From Terriglobia bacterium (GTDB taxonomy: Bacteria; Acidobacteriota; Terriglobia; Acidiferrales; UBA7541): 64,000 bases of DNA. Position 1 is the stretch's first letter. Each line of letters starts with the position of its first letter. The position numbers and the translations under genes are program-made. The stretch spans positions 3,168,001-3,232,000 of the forward strand of contig OY968796.1 in assembly GCA_963695545.1 (NCBI GenBank), written 5' to 3'. Shown here piece by piece: positions 9,810 to 18,693 of the stretch. Below the pieces are notes generated by a model, which was given only the letters and a program-made list of their open reading frames with translations, was not told the DNA's origin and did not search any database.

Positions 9810-10706
9810 ATGAGCTCCGAGAGCACAGCTTCCGAGGCGCTGGCGAATTTTAAGCCGAAATACGAATTCCTGGTGGGCATCGATTCCGACGGCTGCGCCT
9901 TCGACAGCATGGAGATCAAGCACAAAGAATGCTTCTGCCCGAATATCATTAAGTTCTGGGGATTACAGCCGGTCTCGAAATACGCGCGCGAGGCGGTCGA
10001 GTTCATCAATTTGTACTCGAAGTGGCGTGGCACGAATCGCTGGCCCGCGCTTCCGCTCACATTCGATCTGTTGCGCGTGCGTCCGGAAGTGATCGCGCGC
10101 CACGCGACAGTGCCGCAGGTCCCGAAGGTGCGCGAATTCATCGCTTCGGGCAAGCCGCTGAGCAATGACGGCCTGAAGGCCTACAAATCCGAGCATCCGG
10201 ATCCCGAGCTTGATCTTGCGCTCGCATGGAGCGTCGCGGTGAACGATTCGATCGCGGACATGGTTCACGATCTCCCGCCGTTTCCCTTTGTGCGCGAGAG
10301 CCTGGAATTTTTGAAGACGCGTGCGGACGCGATTGTCGTCTCGCAGACGCCCACCGAAGCCCTGGTGCGCGAATGGGCGGAAAACGGAATCGATTCCTAC
10401 GTGCGCTTGATCGCGGGCCAGGAGCACGGCACGAAGAAACAGCATTTGAAAGCGGCGGCGACGGGGAATTACGCGCCGAATCACGTGTTGATGATCGGCG
10501 ATGCGCCCGGCGATTTCGACGCGGCGCGCGCCAATAACGCGCTGTTTTTCCCGATCAATCCCGGACACGAAGAAGCGTCGTGGGAACAGTTTTACAAGGA
10601 AGGCGTGCGGAAATTCATGGCCGGTGAATTTGCGGGCGCCTACGAGGCCGGCTTGATCGCCGAATTCGAGAAGCTGCTGCCTTCGACGCCGCCCTGGAGC
10701 CACTAG
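9810..10706 (+). CDS. HAD-superfamily hydrolase/phosphatase
   Basis: Motif I DSDGC, motif II VVS, K, motif IV MIGDAPGD. Confidence 0.85.
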   Translation: MSSESTASEALANFKPKYEFLVGIDSDGCAFDSMEIKHKECFCPNIIKFWGLQPVSKYAREAVEFINLYSKWRGTNRWPALPLTFDLLRVRPEVIARHATVPQVPKVREFIASGKPLSNDGLKAYKSEHPDPELDLALAWSVAVNDSIADMVHDLPPFPFVRESLEFLKTRADAIVVSQTPTEALVREWAENGIDSYVRLIAGQEHGTKKQHLKAAATGNYAPNHVLMIGDAPGDFDAARANNALFFPINPGHEEASWEQFYKEGVRKFMAGEFAGAYEAGLIAEFEKLLPSTPPWSH

Positions 10707-10739
10707 AAGCAATCAAGAACGCCGAAACGCGACTGCGCG

Positions 10740-12038
10740 ATGCACACAAGAATGCCCAGCGGAATCGGATCGACCGACAGGTACTTAACCCGCAACGAAG
10801 TTCGCCAATTCGTCAGCGAAACCCTGGCGCCACTTTCGCTCGAAGGCAAGCGCGTCCTCGTGCTGATTCCGGACGGCACACGCAGCATGCCGATGCCCTT
10901 GATGTTCGACGCGTTTGAGGAAATGCTCGGCCCGCGCGTCGCGGCGCTCGATTACCTGGTGGCACTCGGGACTCACAAGGCGATGAACGACGAACATTTG
11001 AGCAAGCTGGTTGGCCGGCCGGTGGTCGACGGCAAGGCTGGCCGAAGCAACATTTTCAATCACCACTGGGAGAATCCGGATACTTTCGTCCAACTCGGAA
11101 CAATCCCCGCCGATGAAATCGCCAAGATCACCGGCGGCCTTTTGTCGCAAGAAGTTCCCGTCAAGCTGAACAGGCTGATTCTCGATTACGATCAACTGTT
11201 GATTTGCGGGCCGGTGTTTCCGCACGAAGTTGTGGGCTTCTCCGGTGGGAATAAATATTTCTATCCGGGAATCGGCGGGCCGGAGATCATCAATTTCACG
11301 CACTGGTTGGGCGCCGTGATCACCAGCTATCACGTGATCGGCGCGGGTTACACGCCGGTGCGCGCCGTGATCGATCGCGCCGCGGCCTTCGTGCCGCGGC
11401 CAGTTTCGTGTTTTGCGGTGGTCGTGACGCACGATGGAATCGCCGGCATTTATTTCGGCTCGCCGCAGGAAGCTTGGGATCAGGCTTCGCAACTCTCGGC
11501 CAAAAAACACGTCGTGTACGTCGACAAGCCGTTTCGTCGCGTGCTTTCGATTCTGCCGGAGTTGTACGACGATCTGTGGACCGGCGCAAAAGGCGCTTAC
11601 AAAATGGAACCCGCCATGGCCGACGGCGGGGAAGTAGTCATTTACAGTCCGCACATCACGGAGATCAGCTACACGCACGGCAAAATCATCGATGAAATCG
11701 GATATCACTGCCGCGATTACTTCATGAAGCAATGGGATAAGTTCAAGCATTACCCCGGCGGCGTGCTCGCGCATTCGACACACGTGGTGGGCTTGGGCGA
11801 GTACGACGCGGCCACCGGCGTGGAGAAGCTGCGGATTCGCGTGACGCTGGCGACAGGCATTCCCGAAGAGCGTTGCCGTCGCGTGAATCTCGGCTACATG
11901 GATCCCGCCAGCGTGCGTATCGAAGAATGGCGTGGCCGCGAGAATGAAGGCATCGTGGTAATTCCTCGCGCTGGAGAAATACTTTATCGGCTCAAGATTG
12001 CGGACGACAAACAGAAGGACGCCGCCGCGGCGTCCTAG
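10740..12038 (+). CDS. LarA (lactate racemase) family nickel-pincer enzyme, likely a sugar-acid 2-epimerase (GntE-like)
   Basis: IPDGTR, ALGTH, NH, PHEVVGFSGGNK, FTH, KG motifs of the LarA family; context next to uxaE. Confidence 0.8.
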   Translation: MHTRMPSGIGSTDRYLTRNEVRQFVSETLAPLSLEGKRVLVLIPDGTRSMPMPLMFDAFEEMLGPRVAALDYLVALGTHKAMNDEHLSKLVGRPVVDGKAGRSNIFNHHWENPDTFVQLGTIPADEIAKITGGLLSQEVPVKLNRLILDYDQLLICGPVFPHEVVGFSGGNKYFYPGIGGPEIINFTHWLGAVITSYHVIGAGYTPVRAVIDRAAAFVPRPVSCFAVVVTHDGIAGIYFGSPQEAWDQASQLSAKKHVVYVDKPFRRVLSILPELYDDLWTGAKGAYKMEPAMADGGEVVIYSPHITEISYTHGKIIDEIGYHCRDYFMKQWDKFKHYPGGVLAHSTHVVGLGEYDAATGVEKLRIRVTLATGIPEERCRRVNLGYMDPASVRIEEWRGRENEGIVVIPRAGEILYRLKIADDKQKDAAAAS

Positions 12039-12125
12039 CCTTACACTTCCTGCAATCCTCGTTGCGATCGCCGGCCAGGCACGCTAACGCAATCTCGGCA
12101 GCTTCCATGGAGAGGAGCGAACCAG

Positions 12126-12851
12126 GTGTCGGACAAGAAAGCGAAATGGCGCGGATCGAAATTCTGGCGTGAGGATCGCAATCTGAGTTTCTTCCTGGCG
12201 TTCCTCGTGCTCATGACGGTTTTTGTTCCGATGGTGGGTCTGTCGCGTCCCGGGCGAATTGCAATCGATCTGGTTTTCGCGCTCATGCTGGTCTCCGGCG
12301 GACTCGCGACCATACGCAGCCGCTTGCTGATGTATCTGATTGTTGCGCTCACCGTTCTGGAATTTACGGCGGACTTGATCGTCGAATTCAATCCGGGGTT
12401 CAGCTTTTTGGGTTGGGACACCGCGATAAAATTACTGGGCATGGCCATACTCGTGGTCATGACGCTAAAGCGCACGTTTCATGCCGGCGAGGTGAACGTG
12501 CATCGCGTAATGGGCGGCGTCGCCGCGTATTTGCTGATCGGCGTCACCTGGGCATTCGCGTACAAACTGCTCGCGGTTGAGGTTCCTGACGCGATCCACT
12601 TTCAATCGTCATTCAATGGTTTTGCCACGGGAGAGCCGGCGCGTTTCATTGACTTCAGCTTCTCAACGCTCACCACCCTAAGTTTCGGCGACGCCTACCC
12701 GGTAAATCGCATTGCGCGATCGCTGACCACGGCGGAAGCGCTGATCGGCCAACTTTATCCCGCGATCCTGATCGCCACATTGGTTGGCATGGCGTTGCAG
12801 GCGAAGTTTACCGCGGCAATGGCAGACGATGACGATAAGAGATCGAGCTGA
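12126..12851 (+). CDS. Multi-TM ion channel, Ion_trans_2/K-channel-like
   Basis: Several TM segments; pore FSFSTLTTLSFGD then ARSLTTAEALIGQLY. Confidence 0.75.
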   Translation: MSDKKAKWRGSKFWREDRNLSFFLAFLVLMTVFVPMVGLSRPGRIAIDLVFALMLVSGGLATIRSRLLMYLIVALTVLEFTADLIVEFNPGFSFLGWDTAIKLLGMAILVVMTLKRTFHAGEVNVHRVMGGVAAYLLIGVTWAFAYKLLAVEVPDAIHFQSSFNGFATGEPARFIDFSFSTLTTLSFGDAYPVNRIARSLTTAEALIGQLYPAILIATLVGMALQAKFTAAMADDDDKRSS

Positions 12852-12908
12852 ATGCGGGCGCGCCTTCGCGCCGCACAACTCGACGATGCCGCAAAAGAAA
12901 TTGGAGAT

Positions 12909-13349
12909 TCACCAGGTGCTGTAGGGAGTGTTCTCGAACGGAGAAAGCTGGTCGTTGGTGGAATGCACGTCGGTGATTCCCGTGCCGCTCTGATCGGGGC
13001 TAAGGGCCACGTTTTCGTAATCGACGTGCCAATCGCGGGACTTGGTGAACGGGTCGGCGGGAACTTCCCGCAAGTAGCCAGCACTGACGAGATCGTCGAG
13101 CGACTGCGGCGCCTGCAATTTATCGAGCGAGTATTGCTCGATTGCGTGGCGCATCACGAACAGGTCCTGCTTCAGCGCGGCTTCCTTGGCGCGCGTCACG
13201 GAGCGCTCGTAGCGCCCGCCGGCCATGGCGATCAGAATCAGGATGATCGTGATCACAATCATCAATTCGATCAGCGTGAATCCGCGCTCAGGACGCCGCG
13301 GATCAAGCGCCGCTCGATTGCGAATTGATTTAAGTATGCGTGTCATCAT
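12909..13349 (-). CDS. Type II secretion/type IV pseudopilin (GspG-like)
   Basis: Prepilin site G|FTLIELMIV; SLDDLVSAGYLREVPADPFT. Confidence 0.88.
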   Translation of the reverse strand: MMTRILKSIRNRAALDPRRPERGFTLIELMIVITIILILIAMAGGRYERSVTRAKEAALKQDLFVMRHAIEQYSLDKLQAPQSLDDLVSAGYLREVPADPFTKSRDWHVDYENVALSPDQSGTGITDVHSTNDQLSPFENTPYSTW

Positions 13350-13361
13350 TCACCGCTCGAA

Positions 13362-14024
13362 TTACCAATCCGAATATTTGCTGCCGTCGATCCCCGTGTT
13401 GGTCGAAAGCGAGTAGACGTCAAAAACGTCCTGTCCGCCCCACGCGTCGGAATCGGGATCGTCCTGCACCGAGCGATAGCCCCATTCGGCTTTGCCGGTC
13501 ATCGGGTCCACTGGAATCTTGCGCAGAAATCGCACGTGCATGGTAATCGATGCCGGCGCGCTGCCCGATTCGCCGGCCTGACTCGACTGACCGAATTGAC
13601 CGGCCGCGCCCGCCGAAGGATTCGTCGCGCCAGACGCGGGAGACTGTGTCGCTCCGCCGATCGCTTCATTTCCGACTTGCGTCGCGCCCGCAAGCGCGCC
13701 GGTCGTGGTGATGTCCACGCCTTCCACCAGCGTGTCAAGAGTCGGCGGATAGCCGTCGGTGTCCACTTCGGTCTGGAATAGATTGCGATCGGCGGCGTCT
13801 TTGTACGCATCGATCGCATTGCGCATTTCGCGCAAGTCGACGCGCAGCTCTTGCTCCTGCTGGCGCTTCGCAGTGATGCGCGCGATCGGCAGCGCGGCCG
13901 AGGAAAGAATCAGCAGGATCGCGCAGACCATCACGAGTTCGAGCAGCGTCATGCCGCATTCCGCGCGCGGCGTTCGCTTGCGAAGCCATGACCATGCGAT
14001 CGATCGCGGGCCGCCGTTGCTCAT
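13362..14024 (-). CDS. Pseudopilin (GspG-like) with low-complexity insertion
   Basis: G|MTLLELVMV; YPPTLDTLVEG; FLRKIPVDPMTG. Confidence 0.85.
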   Translation of the reverse strand: MSNGGPRSIAWSWLRKRTPRAECGMTLLELVMVCAILLILSSAALPIARITAKRQQEQELRVDLREMRNAIDAYKDAADRNLFQTEVDTDGYPPTLDTLVEGVDITTTGALAGATQVGNEAIGGATQSPASGATNPSAGAAGQFGQSSQAGESGSAPASITMHVRFLRKIPVDPMTGKAEWGYRSVQDDPDSDAWGGQDVFDVYSLSTNTGIDGSKYSDW

Positions 14025-16360
14025 TTCACTTCGATTGAAGTCTCGCCGGTGACCAGCGGGATCGCGTGCTGCTGCGAATCTCGCGCGTTGGTTTGCACGA
14101 TCGAAAGATTGGTTTGCCCGGGCGCGAGGGCGCGAATCTGAATCCCGAACAGCGTGCCGGTGCCATTCACGCCCGCCGTATGCGGCATGCGCGTCGCGGA
14201 AACCACCGCCTGGCCGCGATCTTTGTCCACTCGGTCGACCAGCGCGATCTCCTGCGTTCCGCCGGAGAGGAATCCGCCCTGGCTTACGGCTTCCACCGAG
14301 ATCACTTTCGGATCGTATTGCAGCAGGATCGGAATCGAGAACAGATCCTCGACGTTGTCCGCGACCACCGAAATCGTGGTGGTTTCCCCCGGCTTGAGCG
14401 ACACGCTCGGCGGATCAAATCGCAGACGCGCGCCTTCGCCCGGGGTGGCCTGCATGGGCGCAGCAGGCGCTGAGGAGGCGCCAGGCGCGGGCGCCATCGC
14501 CATGGTTGACGGCGTCGCCCCTGTTGGCGCGCTCGCCGAGCCGATCACGGTCGCTGGCGCGGGCGCAGGTGTCGCCACAGTCGCGGGCGGCGTGGCCGCC
14601 GCCGGCGCAGCGGCATTGTCCTCCGCCATGAGCACCGCCGGCGTCGTCTCGGTCCCAGAGTAGAACGATTTCAGGCTCTCGGGCGTGATGTCCGGCAAGC
14701 GGATAATATGCGGCGTCAGAACGATCAGAAGTTCGTCATCGTTGTTCGTGTTCTGATTGTCCGCTACGAAGTAGCGCATGATCGGAATTTTCGCCAGGCC
14801 CGGCCAACCGGAAACCGATTGCACGGTATCCCGCGTCATCAAGCCGCCAATGATGCTTACCTCGCCATCTGTCAGACGCACTTCTTGCTCGGTCTGATCG
14901 TCGCCGATCTCGGGCTCATTGATCCCGCCGATCGGTATGGTCGCCACCACCGCGGAAACATCGATCTTCATCTTCAGCGTGACGGAATTGTCGGGATGGA
15001 TGCGCGGCGTGATGTCCAGCGACACGCCGACTTGCTCATACTGAAATTGCGTGTTCACCAGCGGGCTGACCACGCTCGCCGCGGAAGTTCCCACGCCGGC
15101 CTGGAAGCTGCCGGTAGCCACCGGCACTTTGTCGCCGACATCCAGTTTGGCGTCCTCGCCGTCCACCATGCGAATCTCCGGGCTCTGAATGGTATGCGTG
15201 GTTGAATCGGTCATCAGCGCGTTGGCTGTGGCGCTGGGCAGGGTAATGCTGTAGTCCGAACGCAGCGATAACTTCTGATTCAGACCAAGCGTCGCCGCGA
15301 CCGATGTGCCGCTGGTGCTCGAGGAAGACGACGTCGACGACGTCGAATTCGGCGCGAGTGTGATCGACGTTCCCGGCGTGATGCCCAGGTCGCGCATGCG
15401 ATCGCGGTTGGCAACCAGCACTTCAGCCTGAACGATCACTTCGGGCCTGGCACGGTCCACGTCGTCGATGATTTTCCCGGCGAGCATCACTTTGTCCGGC
15501 GTGTCTCGAATCACGATGGCGTTCATCGAATTGATCTGCTGAATGCGCTTCAGGTCGAGCAGCGCTCGCAGGCTGGTCACGAGGTCCTGCAGATCCTGCG
15601 ATTGGATCGAATTTTTGATGTAGAACGTCTTCACGATCTCTTCATCGTAATCGCGGTGCTTCTGCAATTGATCGAGCGTCACAAAAATAATGTTGCTCGT
15701 CAGCGGTTTCCAGGACGCCTTGCTTTCGAGCGACGCGACGTCCAGCGCCTGCTCGAGCGTCACGTTGTCCAAATCAACCGTGATCCGGCGCGATGTGAAA
15801 TCGGGATCGAAAACCACCGTGAGCCCCGCCAATTTCGCGATGGTCTCAAACACGGTCTTCGAGTCGTTCGCCATCTTCAGATTGATCGGCGTGATCGAAA
15901 GCGGCTTGAGCTCCGGCGGCCCAGTCGCCAGATCATTCTCGTCAGCAGACTCCTCAGGAGCGTTCCCGGGAGCGGCCGCCGCGGCGGCGGCGCGGGCGTT
16001 GATCAGGTCCAGCGTCTTCTTCACTTCCTCGTCGGCAGCCGGGCTCGACGGATCGAGCTCCCCGGCCTTGCGGAATTCCGCAACGGCCATCTCCAGGTCG
16101 CCCTTCTCGCGAAGCTTTTCGCCCTGTTCGATGCACGCCTGCGCGGCCTCGAAGCGCACCTGATCGGCATGCAGCTTGTATTCCGCGTTCTGCGGATCGG
16201 ACTTCAGGGCGCGATTGTAGGCTGCCAGGGCGGTTTCGTAGTCGTGAAGCGCCTCGGCCTTCTTGCCCTGGTCAAAGTCGCTGCTGCCTTTGGCGCATCC
16301 GCCGAGCACGATCAGGATGCAGCCAAAGGCCACCGCGGTCAGGGAATTACGCTGTGGCAT
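14021..16360 (-). CDS. Secretin (GspD-like) lipoprotein with N-terminal TPR and C-terminal cohesin-like domain
   Basis: Lipobox LGGC; TPR helices; secretin core VGDKVPV, QYEQVGVSLDITPRI, PGLAKIP, LTPHII; C-terminal LQYDPKVISVE beta domain. Confidence 0.87.
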   Translation of the reverse strand: MPQRNSLTAVAFGCILIVLGGCAKGSSDFDQGKKAEALHDYETALAAYNRALKSDPQNAEYKLHADQVRFEAAQACIEQGEKLREKGDLEMAVAEFRKAGELDPSSPAADEEVKKTLDLINARAAAAAAAPGNAPEESADENDLATGPPELKPLSITPINLKMANDSKTVFETIAKLAGLTVVFDPDFTSRRITVDLDNVTLEQALDVASLESKASWKPLTSNIIFVTLDQLQKHRDYDEEIVKTFYIKNSIQSQDLQDLVTSLRALLDLKRIQQINSMNAIVIRDTPDKVMLAGKIIDDVDRARPEVIVQAEVLVANRDRMRDLGITPGTSITLAPNSTSSTSSSSSTSGTSVAATLGLNQKLSLRSDYSITLPSATANALMTDSTTHTIQSPEIRMVDGEDAKLDVGDKVPVATGSFQAGVGTSAASVVSPLVNTQFQYEQVGVSLDITPRIHPDNSVTLKMKIDVSAVVATIPIGGINEPEIGDDQTEQEVRLTDGEVSIIGGLMTRDTVQSVSGWPGLAKIPIMRYFVADNQNTNNDDELLIVLTPHIIRLPDITPESLKSFYSGTETTPAVLMAEDNAAAPAAATPPATVATPAPAPATVIGSASAPTGATPSTMAMAPAPGASSAPAAPMQATPGEGARLRFDPPSVSLKPGETTTISVVADNVEDLFSIPILLQYDPKVISVEAVSQGGFLSGGTQEIALVDRVDKDRGQAVVSATRMPHTAGVNGTGTLFGIQIRALAPGQTNLSIVQTNARDSQQHAIPLVTGETSIEVK

Positions 16361-16434
16361 TTACGCTCCGGTCCGGGGGCTGGGGCAATCCGGTTGAGTC
16401 TAACACTCGGTCCAAACGCTCACAAGGTGATGTC

Positions 16435-16464
16435 TTGCTTCTAGTTACTAGCGGCGGCTATGAT
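16435..16464 (+). promoter_or_regulatory. Sigma70-like promoter of smpB (probably leaderless transcript)
   Basis: TTGCTT-18 nt-TATGAT, 8 nt before GTG 16473; no SD. Confidence 0.45.
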
Positions 16465-16472
16465 AGCTGGCT

Positions 16473-16991
16473 GTGAGCAAATCGGTTACGCCTTACAAGA
16501 AAACTGTCAGGCCAATCAAGAAAGATGGGCCGCCGGGCGAAAAGGTTGTCGCGCAAAATCGTGCCGCTTCTTACAATTACCACCTGCTCGAGAAAATGGA
16601 AGCCGGAATGGTGCTGCGCGGCACCGAAGTTAAGTCCCTACGCGATGGCAAGGTCATGATCCGCGACGCGTACGCCACTGTCCGCGGCAACGCCGTTTGG
16701 CTGCTCAACTGCCACATTCCAGAGTACTTGCCGGGAGGCCCGTTTAACCACGAACCGCTGCGCGCCCGAAAATTGCTGCTGAACAAGGCCGAAATCGAGA
16801 AGCTGGCGGGCAAAACCGATCAGAAAGGCCTGACCATCGTGCCCCTGCGCATTTATTTCAAACAGGGCATTGCCAAGTGCGAATTGGCGCTCGCCAAGGG
16901 CAAGAAAATGTGGGATCGTCGCCAAACCGAGAAAGATAAAGAAGCCCGTCGCGAAACCGAAGACGCGCTGCATCGTTATCGCCGGCGCTAG
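16473..16991 (+). CDS. smpB: SsrA-binding protein SmpB
   Basis: NRAASYNY, EAGMVLRGTEVKSLR, RKLLL, KGKKMWDRR. Confidence 0.96.
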   Translation: MSKSVTPYKKTVRPIKKDGPPGEKVVAQNRAASYNYHLLEKMEAGMVLRGTEVKSLRDGKVMIRDAYATVRGNAVWLLNCHIPEYLPGGPFNHEPLRARKLLLNKAEIEKLAGKTDQKGLTIVPLRIYFKQGIAKCELALAKGKKMWDRRQTEKDKEARRETEDALHRYRRR

Positions 16992-17050
16992 GGCGCAAGA
17001 ATCGCGCATCGAAAAGCAGAAGGAATAAGGCAATAACGAAAAGGAGAAGC

Positions 17051-18550
17051 ATGGAAATCACTTTGGCAACTGGGCCGGCGGCGCAACTGGAAGTTGGCGC
17101 CCTCGTGACCTACGCGTTCGAGCAGGACAAGCCTGTCGACGGCGCGCTCGCCGAGCTCGATAAAGCCATTGGCGGCGCGGTGGGACGCCTGGCGGATGGC
17201 CGCGAATTTACCGGCAAGTCGCTCGAAATGACGTTATTGCACTTCCCGAAGGGCATCAAGGCCGAGCGGTTGTTGGTGGTTGGCGCGGGGAAACGCGAGA
17301 AATATTCGGCTGCCGAACTGCGCAAGATGGCTGCTGCTGCTGCGCGCTATCTGAAAGCGCGCTCGGTTCGCCGCCTCGCATTCCTGGCGCGCGAAGAAGA
17401 TCGCACTGCCGCCGGCGCCGAGGCCATCACCGAAGGACTTCTGCTCGGCGAATTCGAGGGCGATAAATACAAATCCGAGAAAAAGGATCCACCATCGGGA
17501 ATCGACGCCGCGATTCTGGCGGGATTCGATGGCGCCGCACGCACCACCGGTGAACAGGGCCTTGAGCGCGGCACAGTGCTCGCTGGCGCGCAGAACTTCG
17601 CGCGCGAACTCGGCAATGAACCCGGGAATCGGCTCACGCCGGCGGTATTGGGCGAGCGCGCCGAAAAAATGGCGCTCGACGAGAATTTAGCCGTTGAGAT
17701 TTTCGACGAAAAGAAAATTGCGGCGCTAAAAATGGGCGCGCTACTTTCCGTCGCGCAGGGCAGCGTCGAACCGCCGCGCATGATCGTCATCACCTACACG
17801 CCGAAAAAGGCGCCCGCGGCGAACGCGCCGGTGCTGGGATTGATCGGAAAAGCCGTGACGTTCGATACCGGCGGAATATCCATCAAGCCCGCCGCAAATA
17901 TGGAAGATATGAAATATGACATGTGCGGCGGCGCTGCCATGCTCGGCGCGATCCGCGCTCTTGCGCAATTGAAGCCGCAAATCAAAGTGATCGCCGTCGT
18001 GGTCTCGACGGAAAACATGCCCGGCGGCCGCGCGCAGAAACCCGGCGACGTGCAAACCGCCATGTCCGGCAAAACGATTGAGGTCATCAACACCGACGCC
18101 GAAGGCCGCCTGATTTTGGCCGATGCGATCCACTACGCGAAACAACTCGGCTGCACGCACCTGGTCGACGCCGCCACGCTGACCGGCGCGATTGTCGTGG
18201 CGTTGGCCGGCGTGCAGACGGGATTGTTCGGCTCCGACGCGAAATTCACGGAGCAAGTTTTGGCGGCCTCGCGTACCGCGGGTGAAAAAATGTGGCCCAT
18301 GCCTCTTGACGACGAATATCGCGACATGATCAAGAGCACCATCGCCGATATCCAAAACGTTGGCAGCGGAAGAGGCGCCGGAGCCAGCACCGCCGCCGCG
18401 TTCCTGCGTGAATTCACCGGCGACACGCCGTGGGTGCACCTCGATATCGCCGGCACCGCCTGGATCACCGAAGCCAAGCCGTGGAGCGCGAAGGGCGCGA
18501 CCGGCGTCGCCGTCCGCACCCTGGCCGAATTAGCCATGCAACTGCGCTAA
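17051..18550 (+). CDS. pepA: Leucyl aminopeptidase (M17)
   Basis: GKAVTFDTGG, MKYDMCG, NTDAEGRL, HLDIAG; AAGGAG RBS. Confidence 0.95.
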   Translation: MEITLATGPAAQLEVGALVTYAFEQDKPVDGALAELDKAIGGAVGRLADGREFTGKSLEMTLLHFPKGIKAERLLVVGAGKREKYSAAELRKMAAAAARYLKARSVRRLAFLAREEDRTAAGAEAITEGLLLGEFEGDKYKSEKKDPPSGIDAAILAGFDGAARTTGEQGLERGTVLAGAQNFARELGNEPGNRLTPAVLGERAEKMALDENLAVEIFDEKKIAALKMGALLSVAQGSVEPPRMIVITYTPKKAPAANAPVLGLIGKAVTFDTGGISIKPAANMEDMKYDMCGGAAMLGAIRALAQLKPQIKVIAVVVSTENMPGGRAQKPGDVQTAMSGKTIEVINTDAEGRLILADAIHYAKQLGCTHLVDAATLTGAIVVALAGVQTGLFGSDAKFTEQVLAASRTAGEKMWPMPLDDEYRDMIKSTIADIQNVGSGRGAGASTAAAFLREFTGDTPWVHLDIAGTAWITEAKPWSAKGATGVAVRTLAELAMQLR

Positions 18551-18604
18551 CGCTCCGTCACGAAAGCGAGTCCCTCGCGCCGAGCGAGCCCGGAATGCGG
18601 AGGT

Positions 18605-18633
18605 TTTGTAGGGGCGGAGCTCGTCTCCGCCCG
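18605..18633 (+). repeat. REP-like GTAG palindrome, copy 1
   Basis: TTTGTAGGGGCGGAGCTCGTCTCCGCCCG between convergent pepA/argS; near-identical inverted copy at 29412-29440. Confidence 0.7.
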
Positions 18634-18693
18634 CTTTCCCTCAATTTTCCCGCAACGTATCCAGCCGTGCCGCAGATTGCGGCGCGTGGACAG

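Noticed and set aside
16991..17050. tmRNA (ssrA) next to smpB
   Set aside because: The gap is only ~60 nt and has no tRNA-like ends
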